This document shows, in pieces, positions 1-10,431 of a stretch of 64,000 nucleotides of DNA. How positions within the stretch are numbered: the stretch's first letter is position 1; each line of letters opens with the position of its first letter. The notes beneath the pieces were generated by a model. The model was given only the letters and a program-made list of their open reading frames with translations. It did not search any database and was not told where the DNA came from. Location: positions 39,159 to 103,158 of IMG/VR virus record IMGVR_UViG_3300043395_004689; one strand, written 5' to 3'. A program made the position numbers and the translations under genes. This stretch comes from a virus.

Positions 1-357
1 GAAAGCCTACAAGGACAAGTGGCTGTGGCCAAGGTTACACTAACTCGTCTTGACGAAGGCTATGCTAGAACAGTTTGTGGCGTTGTACAACAGCGATCAC
101 CTGCCGGTTGCCAATTTGAATGGGTCTGCAAAGAATCTTTGCCCAGACCCGCAGGTGAGGTATGGCAGCAGGCCGTTGCTATTTCGGCTCTGTTACTACA
201 TGCACCGAGAGGAACTGTTGAAGATCCGACTAACGGTGCCACCCATTTCCACGCTACATACATTAACTGGAGACCAAGTTGGACCAGAGACAAGGACTCT
301 GTGCAACGAATTGGTAACCATGTTTTTTATAGAGTAAAACCAAGAGAGGAAAAATGA
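1..357 (+). CDS. Cell wall hydrolase, SleB/Hydrolase_2 family (5' end outside window)
   Basis: Frame open from base 1 (ESLQGQVAVAKV); CQFEW, DPTNGATHFH and IGNHVFY motifs. Confidence 0.85.
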   Translation, partial: ESLQGQVAVAKVTLTRLDEGYARTVCGVVQQRSPAGCQFEWVCKESLPRPAGEVWQQAVAISALLLHAPRGTVEDPTNGATHFHATYINWRPSWTRDKDSVQRIGNHVFYRVKPREEK

Positions 358-698
358 GACGATTGTATCCGGCAAGATTGTTAGAAGTACGCGGCACTGA
401 CATGCTTGATGTAGAACTAGATCTTGGCTTCAATGTCTATACCAGACAAAAGATTCGTTTGTTTGGTGTAGCCAGTGCTGGTAAGGACAGCGATGTACGC
501 ATTGTTCTTACTGAACTGTGCAAAGATGGTTTTCTTGTAGAACCAATCATCACCAAACGGGCCAAACTAGGTCGTGTATTAGGATGGGCTTATATCGCCA
601 ACGAAACCGGCGACCCTACCTTAAATATCAATGAAGCCTTGGTAGAGCAAGGATTAGCAACCAGCTTCCAGGCCCCCGAAGAGGATGATGACGAGTAA
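354..698 (+). CDS. Thermonuclease (SNase)-like protein, degenerate active site
   Basis: DVELDLGF, IRLFGV, GRVLG, INEALVEQGLA pattern. Confidence 0.65.
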   Translation: MRRLYPARLLEVRGTDMLDVELDLGFNVYTRQKIRLFGVASAGKDSDVRIVLTELCKDGFLVEPIITKRAKLGRVLGWAYIANETGDPTLNINEALVEQGLATSFQAPEEDDDE

Positions 699-1457
699 AT
701 GTATGAGCCCGGTCTAACTGCTAGAAAAGTAGCCACTTTCGATACTGCAATATTTGATCAGTATCGAAAGTGGGAATCAGCATGGGATTGGGATCCGCCC
801 AATGATGCAAATAGATATCTGCGAAGCGTTCCACCGGGTCGGCGACCAGATTATACCTACATGATATATCTCCCGGTCAACGAAGCTCGTTGCCGTGCCT
901 TTTACAACGATATGAAAAAGTATCCACCAGAGATTTATCAAATGTGGGAAAATATATTAAAGCCTGCCTGTGAATTCTTAGCCAGTTTGACTGGCCAAGA
1001 CGACCCTGTTATTGTACAAGCAGATATTGCCAGGATGAAACCATTGAATGGTGATACCCTGCTTCACACAGATACTCGATATAATCAACGCTACGCAAGA
1101 CGCTATAACATAGCAATTAGTACTAATAATAACTGCTGGTTATATCACCACGGATATGATTTAAATACAGGTGGCGTGAGAGATCATATCCACGAAGGAG
1201 AGATGTGGGAGTTGAATAATAAAATCCCACATGCCGCTGTAAACCAAGGAGACACTTGGCGCACACACTTAATTCTGGATATTATGCCAAGGAACTATTG
1301 GAATCGCATGTGCGAGTTGTACGATCCATACGGCAAGGTACCAAATCCTCAGGGAAAGAATTACACCTATGATCTTGATTTAGACGGCAAGCTAATTCAC
1401 GAACCGCTGTTCACAGACTTGCCACATTGCTTTAAAGCAAGGACCAACGCGATATGA
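699..1457 (+). CDS. Asp/Asn beta-hydroxylase-like 2OG-Fe(II) oxygenase
   Basis: HTD...H triad; GEMWELNNKIPHAAVN...RTHLILD. Confidence 0.8.
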   Translation: MYEPGLTARKVATFDTAIFDQYRKWESAWDWDPPNDANRYLRSVPPGRRPDYTYMIYLPVNEARCRAFYNDMKKYPPEIYQMWENILKPACEFLASLTGQDDPVIVQADIARMKPLNGDTLLHTDTRYNQRYARRYNIAISTNNNCWLYHHGYDLNTGGVRDHIHEGEMWELNNKIPHAAVNQGDTWRTHLILDIMPRNYWNRMCELYDPYGKVPNPQGKNYTYDLDLDGKLIHEPLFTDLPHCFKARTNAI

Positions 1458-2692
1458 ATACAAAAATAACTTTTTCAGATAAACTAGTTGCATGGTTTGC
1501 CCTACTAAGCGGTCTCAGTATCAGTGCTGTAGCTGTGTGGTACAGCGTGGCTGGTTTGGTAGCAATCTTTGCAGCCAGCGTTATTCCCATTATTGTCATG
1601 GGAGTGGTACTAGAAGTTGGCAAGCTGGTTGCTACCATATGGCTCAAACACAACTGGAGTATTGCTCCTAGGCTAATCAAGCTTTATTTGTTTGTGGCTG
1701 TGGTAATCTTAATGTTTATTACCAGCATGGGTATCTTTGGTTATCTATCTAAAGCGCACCTAGATCAAGCAGTACCTACTGGCAATGTTGTGGCTCAAGT
1801 TGAAATCATTGATCAAAAAATTCAAACGCAAAATGATCTTATAACATCTGCTCGTACTGTGCTTAGACAAATGGACGAAACAGTAAACCAAAGTCTAGGT
1901 CGCGGTGCTTCTACACTACCACCCAATGCTACACCTGCACAAATACAGGCTGCACAAGCGGCTGCTGAGCGTAACACAAATGCGGCAGCTACTCTGAGAA
2001 GAAATCAACAACGAGAGCGCGATGCCCAGCAAGCCATTATCAACAAGGCAACTGCTGAAATTCAAAAGCTTCGCGAAGAACGAGCACCACTGGCAGCAGA
2101 AATTCGCAAGGTAGAAGCCGAAGTAGGTCCTATCAAATACATTGCTGCTCTAATCTACGATACCAAGCCTGACGCAGATCTATTAGAAAAAGCGGTGCGC
2201 TGGGTTATTGTATTAATTGTTATGATCTTTGACCCGTTGGCCGTTGTGCTGTTGCTGGCCAGCCAATACAGCTTTGGTTGGTTTAGACGCCAAAGAGAAT
2301 TGGCCGCAGAGACAGCACCAGCGGTTCCTGTGGCAGTTGTAGAACCTGCGCCAGTGAACAATGAAGTAGGCGAAGTGACCACCGAAAGCTTGCCAGAACC
2401 TTCAACTGTGTTGGCAACTTATCCTCGCACCGAGGAAGAAATAAAAGAATTCAGCGATGCCAAAGCAGAAGCCAAAGCAGTTGTCTTAGCAGACAGTATG
2501 CCTGCGCCAGCGCCAGCAGTAGTTGAAGCGCCGCCCGGTACTCCTGGCGAAGTATGGGATGCACCTGCAAAATCTGAACAACCCGGCGACACTGATCTTG
2601 ATAAAATATATAAGGCAAGCTCAGAGGAACTCGCTAAGAAAAAAAGAAGTCGCGGCTGGTTCAACGTTCAATTTCCTAAACGCGACAATTAA
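1454..2692 (+). CDS. Membrane protein: 3 N-terminal TM helices, coiled coil, C-terminal TM and disordered tail
   Basis: Hydrophobic segments, GIFGYLSKAH, FDPLAV; 412 aa. Confidence 0.7.
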   Translation: MNTKITFSDKLVAWFALLSGLSISAVAVWYSVAGLVAIFAASVIPIIVMGVVLEVGKLVATIWLKHNWSIAPRLIKLYLFVAVVILMFITSMGIFGYLSKAHLDQAVPTGNVVAQVEIIDQKIQTQNDLITSARTVLRQMDETVNQSLGRGASTLPPNATPAQIQAAQAAAERNTNAAATLRRNQQRERDAQQAIINKATAEIQKLREERAPLAAEIRKVEAEVGPIKYIAALIYDTKPDADLLEKAVRWVIVLIVMIFDPLAVVLLLASQYSFGWFRRQRELAAETAPAVPVAVVEPAPVNNEVGEVTTESLPEPSTVLATYPRTEEEIKEFSDAKAEAKAVVLADSMPAPAPAVVEAPPGTPGEVWDAPAKSEQPGDTDLDKIYKASSEELAKKKRSRGWFNVQFPKRDN

Positions 2693-2712
2693 TAACATAA
2701 CAAGGTTTTAAA

Positions 2713-3132
2713 TTGGCAGATTCAAGTGTTTATATTGTGAGCCCTCCTACGCTATACATGCCAGCAGCCGGGCTCACTTTTTGTCTGATCAGCAGCGACA
2801 AAAGATGGCAAGAAAATATTGTAGGCCTGCTGGAAAAAGGAATACAGAACCAGCTTTGCTTTTTTACCAACGAAGATGGCGTTAAAGATCCTAAGGTCTG
2901 GGTTTGGTATTGGCATGTGGCTCCAAATTGTGCAATGGTACTTGTTGATGTGGCCAGCTGCTCCGAGCACGAAATAAGAATGACCTTGGGCATGTGTAAA
3001 GAAGGTCTTCCTGTGATATATCATGTTAAGCCAGGCAACCAAGAATTTGTAGCTTTGCTCAAAGCTATAGATGTTCCGCATTGGGAGACTGATGAAGATT
3101 TTATAGCAATAATGGAATCAATGAATGGATAA
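2713..3132 (+). CDS. Hypothetical protein
   Basis: 139-aa ORF, TTG start, overlaps clpX start. Confidence 0.6.
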   Translation: MADSSVYIVSPPTLYMPAAGLTFCLISSDKRWQENIVGLLEKGIQNQLCFFTNEDGVKDPKVWVWYWHVAPNCAMVLVDVASCSEHEIRMTLGMCKEGLPVIYHVKPGNQEFVALLKAIDVPHWETDEDFIAIMESMNG

Positions 3133-4351
3133 AAATCAATCATTGAATTGCAGTTTTTGCTCCAAGCACAGAGACGAAGTCAAGGCGTTGATTGCTGGCG
3201 AACGGGCCTATATTTGCAACGAGTGTATCAGCCTGTGCTTGGAAGCATTGGCGTCGGACAGCGATCAAGAAAAAAACAAGATAGCAGACTTGTCTACTCC
3301 AAGAGAAATTAAAAATTATCTAGATAGGTATGTTGTTGGGCAAGAATTAGCTAAACGCAGTCTTAGTGTAGCAGTACGCAACCATTATAAAAGATTAGGT
3401 CAAGGCGAAAGCAATCTTATTAAGAAAAGCAATGTACTCTTAGTTGGCCCTACTGGCAGCGGAAAAACATTGTTAGCGCGAAAACTTGCTGAAAAACTAA
3501 ATGTCCCCTTTGCCATTGGCGATGCAACTACACTCACTGAAAGCGGTTATGTTGGTGATGATGTTGAAAGCGTAATACATCGCTTGGTACAAGCGGCAGG
3601 CGGTGATATCAAAAAGGCTGAAACAGGAATTGTTTATATTGACGAAATTGATAAAAAGAGTCGCAAAAGTGAAAGCACCAGCATTACCAGAGATGTCAGT
3701 GGCGAAGGTGTTCAGCAGGCTCTACTAAAACTTATTGAAGGCACTGAGTGTCGTGTTCCTGTCAATGGCGGGCGTAAGCATCCTGGGCACGAAGCCAATA
3801 TTGTAAACACCAAAAACATCTTGTTTATTCTAGGTGGTGCTTTTGTTGGCCTTGAGGAACAGGTTAAGAAGCGTACTCGCACCGGCAGTGGCATAGGGTT
3901 TGGCGCAGCCCTAGACAACAAGAATGAGAATGTAAATCATTGGCTATCTAGCGTTGAGCCCGAAGATTTTGTTAAGTTTGGCATGATTCCAGAGTTTATG
4001 GGTCGTGTTCCTGTTATTGCTTCGTTAGAAGAACTAAGTGTTGAAGACCTTGTCAGGGTTATGACAGAGCCCGATGACAGCATTGAACGAGAATATCAGG
4101 CTATTTTTAGTCTCGACGGGGTTGAGTTAGAGTTTAATGATGAAGCTAGAATTGCCATTGCTAAACTAAGTATAGCAAAGAAAACAGGCGCTCGAGGATT
4201 GAGAAATATCATTGAGAATCTGCTGTTAGAACTTCAATTTAGTTTACCCGAGCTGGCCAAAGAAGGTTTAAGCAAGGTGATAATCACTGATAAAAGTGTT
4301 GAAGACCACTTACCAGTGTTAGTATATAAAAGTAGAGAAGAAGTAGCATAA
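3125..4351 (+). CDS. clpX: Clp protease ATP-binding subunit ClpX
   Basis: CSFC...ICNEC zinc domain, [31 protein letters not shown] loop, GARGLR. Confidence 0.97.
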   Translation: MDKNQSLNCSFCSKHRDEVKALIAGERAYICNECISLCLEALASDSDQEKNKIADLSTPREIKNYLDRYVVGQELAKRSLSVAVRNHYKRLGQGESNLIKKSNVLLVGPTGSGKTLLARKLAEKLNVPFAIGDATTLTESGYVGDDVESVIHRLVQAAGGDIKKAETGIVYIDEIDKKSRKSESTSITRDVSGEGVQQALLKLIEGTECRVPVNGGRKHPGHEANIVNTKNILFILGGAFVGLEEQVKKRTRTGSGIGFGAALDNKNENVNHWLSSVEPEDFVKFGMIPEFMGRVPVIASLEELSVEDLVRVMTEPDDSIEREYQAIFSLDGVELEFNDEARIAIAKLSIAKKTGARGLRNIIENLLLELQFSLPELAKEGLSKVIITDKSVEDHLPVLVYKSREEVA

Positions 4352-4357
4352 AATAAA

Positions 4358-4597
4358 ATGACGACTGTGACAGTTAAAGACGGCCAATTTGAAAAGGCCC
4401 TACGCAAGTTTAAAAAGAAAGTTCAAGAAAGTGGAATTCTTGACGAGCTTAGAGAACGCGAGCACTATACCAAGCCCACTACCAAGCGCAGAATGGCCAA
4501 AAATAAGGCAGTTCGTCGCCATCAGCGTGAAGTAGAGCAAGAGGAGTTGGAGGGGCTTAGACCGCCCCGTGAGGGCCGTCTTAAACGGTTATACTGA
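4358..4597 (+). CDS. rpsU: 30S ribosomal protein bS21
   Basis: FEKALRKFKKKV...REHYTKPT. Confidence 0.93.
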   Translation: MTTVTVKDGQFEKALRKFKKKVQESGILDELREREHYTKPTTKRRMAKNKAVRRHQREVEQEELEGLRPPREGRLKRLY

Positions 4598-4600
4598 TTG

Positions 4601-4629
4601 TTGACACTTTGATCAATAATAAATACAAT
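4601..4629 (+). promoter_or_regulatory. sigma70 promoter of hsp20 with overlapping TAAATA late-type motif
   Basis: TTGACA(4601)-17-TACAAT(4624); TAAATA at 4620. Confidence 0.65.
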
Positions 4630-4635
4630 TGCAAA

Positions 4636-4725
4636 TGCAGTCAGTGCCTTGAGGGCTGATTGCAATGCAATAACAAGGCCCAAGAGGGATTGTTAATTAA
4701 AACTCGCTTTATTAAGGAGAATAAA
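4636..4725 (+). promoter_or_regulatory. ROSE-like RNA thermometer leader of hsp20
   Basis: Hairpins 4636-4664 and 4671-4695; CTCGCTT pairs with SD AAGGAG (4703-4719) with a bulged G. Confidence 0.7.
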
Positions 4726-5154
4726 ATGACCAAGCTAGTACCCTTTCCATCGTACTCTCAAATGAGTATCGGTTTTGACCGCATGTTCCAAGAGTTAGAC
4801 AGGCTAACTCAGGTTGCTGGAAATGCCGGTGGTGGATATCCCCCTTTTAACATTGAACGCATTAGCGAAACTTCGCATCGCATTATCATGGCAGTTGCAG
4901 GTTTCTCTGAGTCAGAGATTGATATCACACTCAGCGAAAATGTACTGTCTATCAAGGGCGAAAAATCAGAAGAGACCAATTCTAATCTAGTGTATCGCGG
5001 CATTGCCAAGCGCAATTTCCGTAGAGAATTTGTTTTAGCTGATCATGTTGAAGTTAAAAATGCTGCCCTTAAGGATGGCATGTTAACCGTGGAACTCGAG
5101 CAGTTAGTGCCTGAGGAAAAGCGTCCAAAGAAAATTCCTTTAATTAAGGAATAA
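4726..5154 (+). CDS. Small heat-shock protein Hsp20 (IbpA-like)
   Basis: IGFDRMF, YPPFNI, AVAGF, YRGIAKRNF, DGMLTVEL; SD-supported ATG 4726. Confidence 0.95.
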   Translation: MTKLVPFPSYSQMSIGFDRMFQELDRLTQVAGNAGGGYPPFNIERISETSHRIIMAVAGFSESEIDITLSENVLSIKGEKSEETNSNLVYRGIAKRNFRREFVLADHVEVKNAALKDGMLTVELEQLVPEEKRPKKIPLIKE

Positions 5155-5164
5155 TTCAACCTGG

Positions 5165-5191
5165 CCTAGGTGGGTATATTGCCCACCTAGG
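5165..5191 (+). terminator. Stem-loop after hsp20
   Basis: CCTAGGTGGG/CCCACCTAGG inverted repeat, followed by TAAATA rather than a T tract. Confidence 0.5.
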
Positions 5192-5222
5192 TAAATAACA
5201 TTAGCAAACGGAAACACAAACA

Positions 5223-5534
5223 ATGACAGATACTGCAACCGCTACTGTAAGAAAGACAGAAAACACCACAGGCATTAAAGAGCCTGAAAAGTTTCGCGTT
5301 GTCATTTTAAATGATAATTCAACACCGATGGAATTTGTCATTGAATTGCTTAAGGTTATATTTCATCATACACAAGAAGCTGCTGTACAAATTATGATGC
5401 AAGTTCATAATAACGGCAAGGGTACCGCAGGGATTTATACCTTTGAAGTAGCTGAGCAAAAGGCCATGGAATCAACGCAAATTGCTCGAACCAATGGTCA
5501 CCCATTGGGAGTCAGCGTTGAGCTTGCCGGCTGA
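5223..5534 (+). CDS. clpS: Clp adaptor ClpS
   Basis: VILNDNSTPMEFVIELL, MMQVHNNGKG, EVAEQK. Confidence 0.95.
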   Translation: MTDTATATVRKTENTTGIKEPEKFRVVILNDNSTPMEFVIELLKVIFHHTQEAAVQIMMQVHNNGKGTAGIYTFEVAEQKAMESTQIARTNGHPLGVSVELAG

Positions 5535-6117
5535 TATTGAACGCAAACTAATTATCGACATAGATGATACCTGTGTCGATACCTTAACAGGCTTTGTTAA
5601 GTGGTTGGCCAGCCTTAACCGGCTGAAAAATGTAAATGGTAATATCATCACCCATAGAGAACATCTAGGGTCGTGGCTCAATGTTCCAGATGAGTTGGCT
5701 GAGATTTGGACCAAAGAATTCTGCGAGCAGTCATGGGAATGGGGCGCACTATGGCCTTGCCTTGGTGCAGAAAAAGTATTGCCTCAAATCAAACAGCACG
5801 GCTGGCATGTAATAGGTTACAGCAAGAGTTCAGGAGACATGCATCGTGCTACACTACGCCGAGCTAACCTTGAACTGTTGTTTCCAGGAGTGTTCAACGA
5901 ACTTTATGTAATCAATCGAGCCGCTAATTTTAATGCAGTAATCAAGGAAAACACCAATTCTGTTTGCGTTACTGCATTGGAATCTACTGCATTGGCCAGT
6001 GCTGAGGCAGGTCATATTACCTATCTGCTTAACCAACCTTGGAACAAAGACTTTTCTAATATCTCAGTGAGAAAATTCAACAACTGGTTGGAAATTGCAG
6101 ATGTTATGTTGAATTAG
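5482..6117 (+). CDS. HAD-family 5'(3')-nucleotidase-like protein (start uncertain, possibly TTG 5518)
   Basis: IIDIDDT motif I; QPWN near C-terminus. Confidence 0.6.
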   Translation: MLEPMVTHWESALSLPADIERKLIIDIDDTCVDTLTGFVKWLASLNRLKNVNGNIITHREHLGSWLNVPDELAEIWTKEFCEQSWEWGALWPCLGAEKVLPQIKQHGWHVIGYSKSSGDMHRATLRRANLELLFPGVFNELYVINRAANFNAVIKENTNSVCVTALESTALASAEAGHITYLLNQPWNKDFSNISVRKFNNWLEIADVMLN

Positions 6118-6124
6118 TAAGTGT

Positions 6125-6892
6125 ATGGATCTAAGATTCCTTTCTCACATAAGTCCTACTGCATGGCCACACATCAGCGCAGTAGATGAACAATGGACAC
6201 CGGTTCCTTGGTTGCCATTGGCTGTACCCAAAATAGAACCAGATAACTGGGACCTGTTTTGGAAGCTGTGGAATGAAAAACAAGGTGATATCACTCGAGG
6301 TCTTAACGAAACACAATTCTGGCGAGGACTATGTTGCTGGCTAAACCCCAAAATTGATCACACCAAATTCAACTACAGCAACACAGTGGTCGACGACTGG
6401 AGTCAGCATTTTCCAAAGATGTTTGAACAGATTAAGTCTTGCTTGCCATTTACCTTTTTAGAAAAAGTAGTGCTGTGGAGTAACATCAATGAAGTAACTC
6501 CACACTTTGATCCAGATGCACAGGTTTCGCCATGGCCGGACAGTCTTAGAATAATGATCTGGGACTCAAACGACAGGCCTACTTTTTACATGTGTCGCTG
6601 GCCCGATCGCAATGAAAATTTTAATCCTCCAATAATTACACAGCGCAACAAAGGCTCATATGGTGTCAGCGCATCACGCATACCTCAAAATAAACGCATG
6701 TATGTGAATTTGCCCCCAGACACAAATTCTTTTGTATTCAACAACGGTGCATTCCTACACGGCGCTGACTTGGCCAAACCCAAGATCATCATGGCAGTCA
6801 AAGGTCGCTGTGACAAAGATGCTTGGCTTAAACAGCTAGAACTCAGTAGAGAAAAGTACAAGGATTACATACCCAATGCCAGTGACTATTGA
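6125..6892 (+). CDS. Putative 2OG-Fe(II) oxygenase
   Basis: PHFD...FNNGAFLHG facial triad. Confidence 0.6.
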   Translation: MDLRFLSHISPTAWPHISAVDEQWTPVPWLPLAVPKIEPDNWDLFWKLWNEKQGDITRGLNETQFWRGLCCWLNPKIDHTKFNYSNTVVDDWSQHFPKMFEQIKSCLPFTFLEKVVLWSNINEVTPHFDPDAQVSPWPDSLRIMIWDSNDRPTFYMCRWPDRNENFNPPIITQRNKGSYGVSASRIPQNKRMYVNLPPDTNSFVFNNGAFLHGADLAKPKIIMAVKGRCDKDAWLKQLELSREKYKDYIPNASDY

Positions 6893-7772
6893 TAGAAGCG
6901 AACTGCCAGAGCACTATACAATCGCTCATAGTCTTGACAAGCTGGTGGCATTTAGGCAACATGGCATTGTTGCCAAACACACAGATCCTTTGCTAAAACT
7001 TTCAATCCAAGATCTAAATCTGGAATTGTTAATCAAAGACACCATTGCTTCAATGGAGCAGTTTGGGTCGTGGAATTACAGACTTGGCATGAAAGAAAAT
7101 TCTGTATTGCATGATGCAGGCTATGGCGGCATTGGGTTAACATATAATCCTACGCATCACGAACTTGAAAACTCAAATATACACGAACAGGTTCAAGGAA
7201 ATCCTAGACCAGCCCAGGGAATGAAAAATCCATTTAGTTCTCTAACTGCTGATAAAACTCGTCAGTATGCCACTAGAAACTCACACTACGATACCTATGG
7301 ATTGTCATATCGCACACCGGCTAGCCGCTATGCCTATCTAGGAACTTTTTTAGATCGCTGTCAGCGAACCATGGTGCGATCAGCGGTGAGAATTATATAT
7401 GCTGAAAATGAAGGTCCAGTAGGTGAGGATCGTTATGCTGGTGTGACATGGCACCGTGATGAACCAATGTTTGAAAACCTTAGAGTCAATATCCCCTTGG
7501 TTACGGATCCTATCTTTGTCTTAGAGCAGCAAGGACATGCTCCTGTTCATTTAGAAGCTGGTTATGCTTACTCATGGGATACCAATATACTGCACAGGGC
7601 TTATGCTACCAAAAAGGAACCCAAGCACAGAATACATCTAATGCTGGGTTTTAGCTGTTGGTGGGATTTTGACGAAAACACAGGTACATGGACACAGAAT
7701 GAATTTTTTGGCAAAATGCATCCAAAAGACATGCTGGCCGACGGACTTGTAATAAAAGGTGTGTCGTTATAA
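6876..7772 (+). CDS. Putative 2OG-Fe(II) oxygenase
   Basis: WHRD, RVNIPL, WDTNILHR, RIHLMLG. Confidence 0.7.
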   Translation: MPVTIDRSELPEHYTIAHSLDKLVAFRQHGIVAKHTDPLLKLSIQDLNLELLIKDTIASMEQFGSWNYRLGMKENSVLHDAGYGGIGLTYNPTHHELENSNIHEQVQGNPRPAQGMKNPFSSLTADKTRQYATRNSHYDTYGLSYRTPASRYAYLGTFLDRCQRTMVRSAVRIIYAENEGPVGEDRYAGVTWHRDEPMFENLRVNIPLVTDPIFVLEQQGHAPVHLEAGYAYSWDTNILHRAYATKKEPKHRIHLMLGFSCWWDFDENTGTWTQNEFFGKMHPKDMLADGLVIKGVSL

Positions 7773-7863
7773 CGGTACTTTTTGTGTCTGAGTTGGTAGT
7801 TTAATCAAACTCTCTAAGCAATAAATAGTAGTACTCAGGAGAGGAATATCGAGGGCCCATAAT

Positions 7864-8280
7864 ATGGCTAAGATTCAACTCTATAAGCTGGTAGAAACTG
7901 CCGAACGGCAAGGCCGCAAATCGCCAGTGGTAGCTACTGTTGCTAAAGTAGAACAAATTTATGACGCCATTAACAACGCAGTTTTTGGCGGAGTTCTTAC
8001 TAGGCCAAAAATCGTAGTACGCGATTACACCAAAAGACAAATGTGGGGCGAGTGTGAAGGCTGGCAACGCGGTAGCCGTTGGGGTCCTCATTATACCGCA
8101 GTTATTCGCATAGAAAAAAATTTCCCAAACTTAAAAAAACTTATTGCGGCAGTGGCACATGAAATGGTGCATCAATATGAATGGGAATATTATGGCGTAA
8201 TGACTCATGGCTCAACCACATTCTTTGCTTGGGAAGAAAGACTTCGTTCTAAGGGAATTAGACTAAGCATTACCCTTTGA
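7864..8280 (+). CDS. SprT-like zinc metalloprotease
   Basis: AHEMVHQ (HExxH) and THG. Confidence 0.8.
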   Translation: MAKIQLYKLVETAERQGRKSPVVATVAKVEQIYDAINNAVFGGVLTRPKIVVRDYTKRQMWGECEGWQRGSRWGPHYTAVIRIEKNFPNLKKLIAAVAHEMVHQYEWEYYGVMTHGSTTFFAWEERLRSKGIRLSITL

Positions 8281-8298
8281 TAGTTGATAACTATCTGC

Positions 8299-9042
8299 AT
8301 GGAACCAATTAATCAAGATCAATCAGCAATAGTACAGGGCAGTGGCCCCAGTGGAACACGACAAGGCATTGGCGGATTTAATCCCTTGCTTCTAGCTGCC
8401 GAAATGTCTCTTAGTCAACTTGGAAATTTTGAACCGCTGGAATATCGCTTAGACTATCATGCGATACAATCTACTATTATGCAAAAGTACAGCAACGATT
8501 GGGTGCCGTACCTACCGCGCACAGATCGTCCAAACAATCGTAAAGCACTTACTCTTACAACGCTAGAAGGATGGGACCACAAAGCTTTACCAAGCCTAGC
8601 CGAAGCCACACAGAAGCTGGGCAGACCAGTTAAAGAAACCGAATTCTGTCATCCCACACAATTATATAAAGATTGTGATCAAGCATTTCCTGGAAACCTA
8701 AGCCTTAAAGAATTTCTAGACGAGTGGCAACCACTGGGTAGAACTTTTATTGTTAACAGCGGTATTGGTGGATATTTTGTTCCGCATCGAGATCATCCAG
8801 GTATGCCTAGACCAGTGTTTCGTTTAGTGGCATTTTTAAAGAACTGCGGGCCTTTGGAATATGACTGGTGGATGGATGACCGCAAGGCCAACATTGAATT
8901 AGGTCGAGTTTATTATGTCAACACTCGTATGACACATAGAACAATTAGTTGGACAGAAGATAGTTGGCATCTTATTATTAATGTTCCTTTTACTGTAGGA
9001 AATGTAGATAAGTTACTAAGACATTTACAGCATAGACATTAA
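8299..9042 (+). CDS. Asp/Asn beta-hydroxylase-like 2OG-Fe(II) oxygenase
   Basis: PHRD, GRVYYVNTRMTH, HLIIN. Confidence 0.75.
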   Translation: MEPINQDQSAIVQGSGPSGTRQGIGGFNPLLLAAEMSLSQLGNFEPLEYRLDYHAIQSTIMQKYSNDWVPYLPRTDRPNNRKALTLTTLEGWDHKALPSLAEATQKLGRPVKETEFCHPTQLYKDCDQAFPGNLSLKEFLDEWQPLGRTFIVNSGIGGYFVPHRDHPGMPRPVFRLVAFLKNCGPLEYDWWMDDRKANIELGRVYYVNTRMTHRTISWTEDSWHLIINVPFTVGNVDKLLRHLQHRH

Positions 9043-9043
9043 C

Positions 9044-9694
9044 ATGATTATTTTCAGCGGGCCAGATAACGACAAGCGAGAAATTAAAGTCGAGCTACCG
9101 GCGCACCATCAACGCATAGGTGTAATGCTTAGTGGTGGCGCAGATAGTGCAATACTCTTGTATATTCTTGCACTTGAACTCAAGATGTCTGGCAGCAAAC
9201 AGGAACTAATTACATTGACTGTGCCTAGAGCCGACGGGGCAAGTAACTATGTTGATGCAATTGTCAACAAGGTAAATGAGTTAGTACCAGGTGTAAACAT
9301 TCCTTTGCCAATACGCTTAGGTGATCCAACAGTACATCATAGCCAGCAAGGTAAATCAGGCGAAATAGCTGCCAGACAACATCATAATATTGAGCATATC
9401 TTCTATGGTAGCCAAGCACATCCTCCTGTGCCTATGCCGGGCGAGTACCCAGGCAGACCCGATCGCACTGAATACACAAACAATCAAGGCATAGTCACAA
9501 CAACATGTCCATTTGCACTACTTGATAAGCGTCATACCATAGACCTCTACGAAATATTTCAAGTATGGCCCTTGATTGAGCTAACTCACTCTTGCACACA
9601 CCGCACTGAAGGACGCTGTGGTGAGTGTTATAACTGTAAAGAGCGTGCCTGGGCTATGGAAGCACTGGGCTACACAGATCCAGGTAGACTATAA
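9044..9694 (+). CDS. QueC-like PP-loop ATPase with zinc site
   Basis: SGGADS; THSC-x7-CGECYNCKER. Confidence 0.75.
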   Translation: MIIFSGPDNDKREIKVELPAHHQRIGVMLSGGADSAILLYILALELKMSGSKQELITLTVPRADGASNYVDAIVNKVNELVPGVNIPLPIRLGDPTVHHSQQGKSGEIAARQHHNIEHIFYGSQAHPPVPMPGEYPGRPDRTEYTNNQGIVTTTCPFALLDKRHTIDLYEIFQVWPLIELTHSCTHRTEGRCGECYNCKERAWAMEALGYTDPGRL

Positions 9695-10360
9695 TCTACT
9701 AGTGAAAATACTAAGGCCTAGTTTTTTAGCTACACCCTGCCGCGGAAATGCGCTACTGACATGTAGGCGGTCACGTGGGAATGTAATTGGTGTACCGGGT
9801 ATCCATTGAAAAACTTTATCTACTGTTAGCCCGTAAAAGTTTTTCATATTAAGATGCGGACAATGTTCTAGCAGTATGCCATCAACACTAGAGATTTCGT
9901 CTAAATTACCAACCCCTTCATTGTAATAGTCTCTAACCACTACATTGTATTCGTTTGGTTCAGTGTCTTCTCCGCTTAGAAAAAATGCTGCTGGTCCAGA
10001 CCATGTTTGATTTAGAACTAAAAATTTTACTCGATCAAATCTTGGAACAACATTGGGCTTGGGCGTAAAGCGCAAGGGAAATACAAATGTTTGCCAAACT
10101 TTTTCTGGACCTTCTTTACCGGTGTCTGCGTGAACACGATAGCCTGTTTCAGTTTCAAAGAAATTACCTCCAGCTACAGTCCATGAGTCTTGGCCCAAAA
10201 CCTTATCAATAATGGGCTTGACTATTTCCATTGCAGGACCAAGATCCAATCCAAATTTTCTACCTGGATACTCTTGTAATTTTGAATTGTTTTCAAAACA
10301 AGCTATTAGCCCGTTGAGTTGGTCCTGATTTAACGGATCAAGTATGCGCGGTTCAATCAT
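9689..10360 (-). CDS. Putative 2OG-Fe(II) oxygenase
   Basis: VHAD...FPRDRLHVS...K; ATG 10360 lies just downstream of a minus-strand TAAATA. Confidence 0.6.
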   Translation of the reverse strand: MIEPRILDPLNQDQLNGLIACFENNSKLQEYPGRKFGLDLGPAMEIVKPIIDKVLGQDSWTVAGGNFFETETGYRVHADTGKEGPEKVWQTFVFPLRFTPKPNVVPRFDRVKFLVLNQTWSGPAAFFLSGEDTEPNEYNVVVRDYYNEGVGNLDEISSVDGILLEHCPHLNMKNFYGLTVDKVFQWIPGTPITFPRDRLHVSSAFPRQGVAKKLGLSIFTSRL

Positions 10361-10431
10361 ACGATATTTAGTTGACAAAATAAGCAATTTCATTTACACT
10401 ATGATTATCGTTGATGACTAGAGGTTCAGCT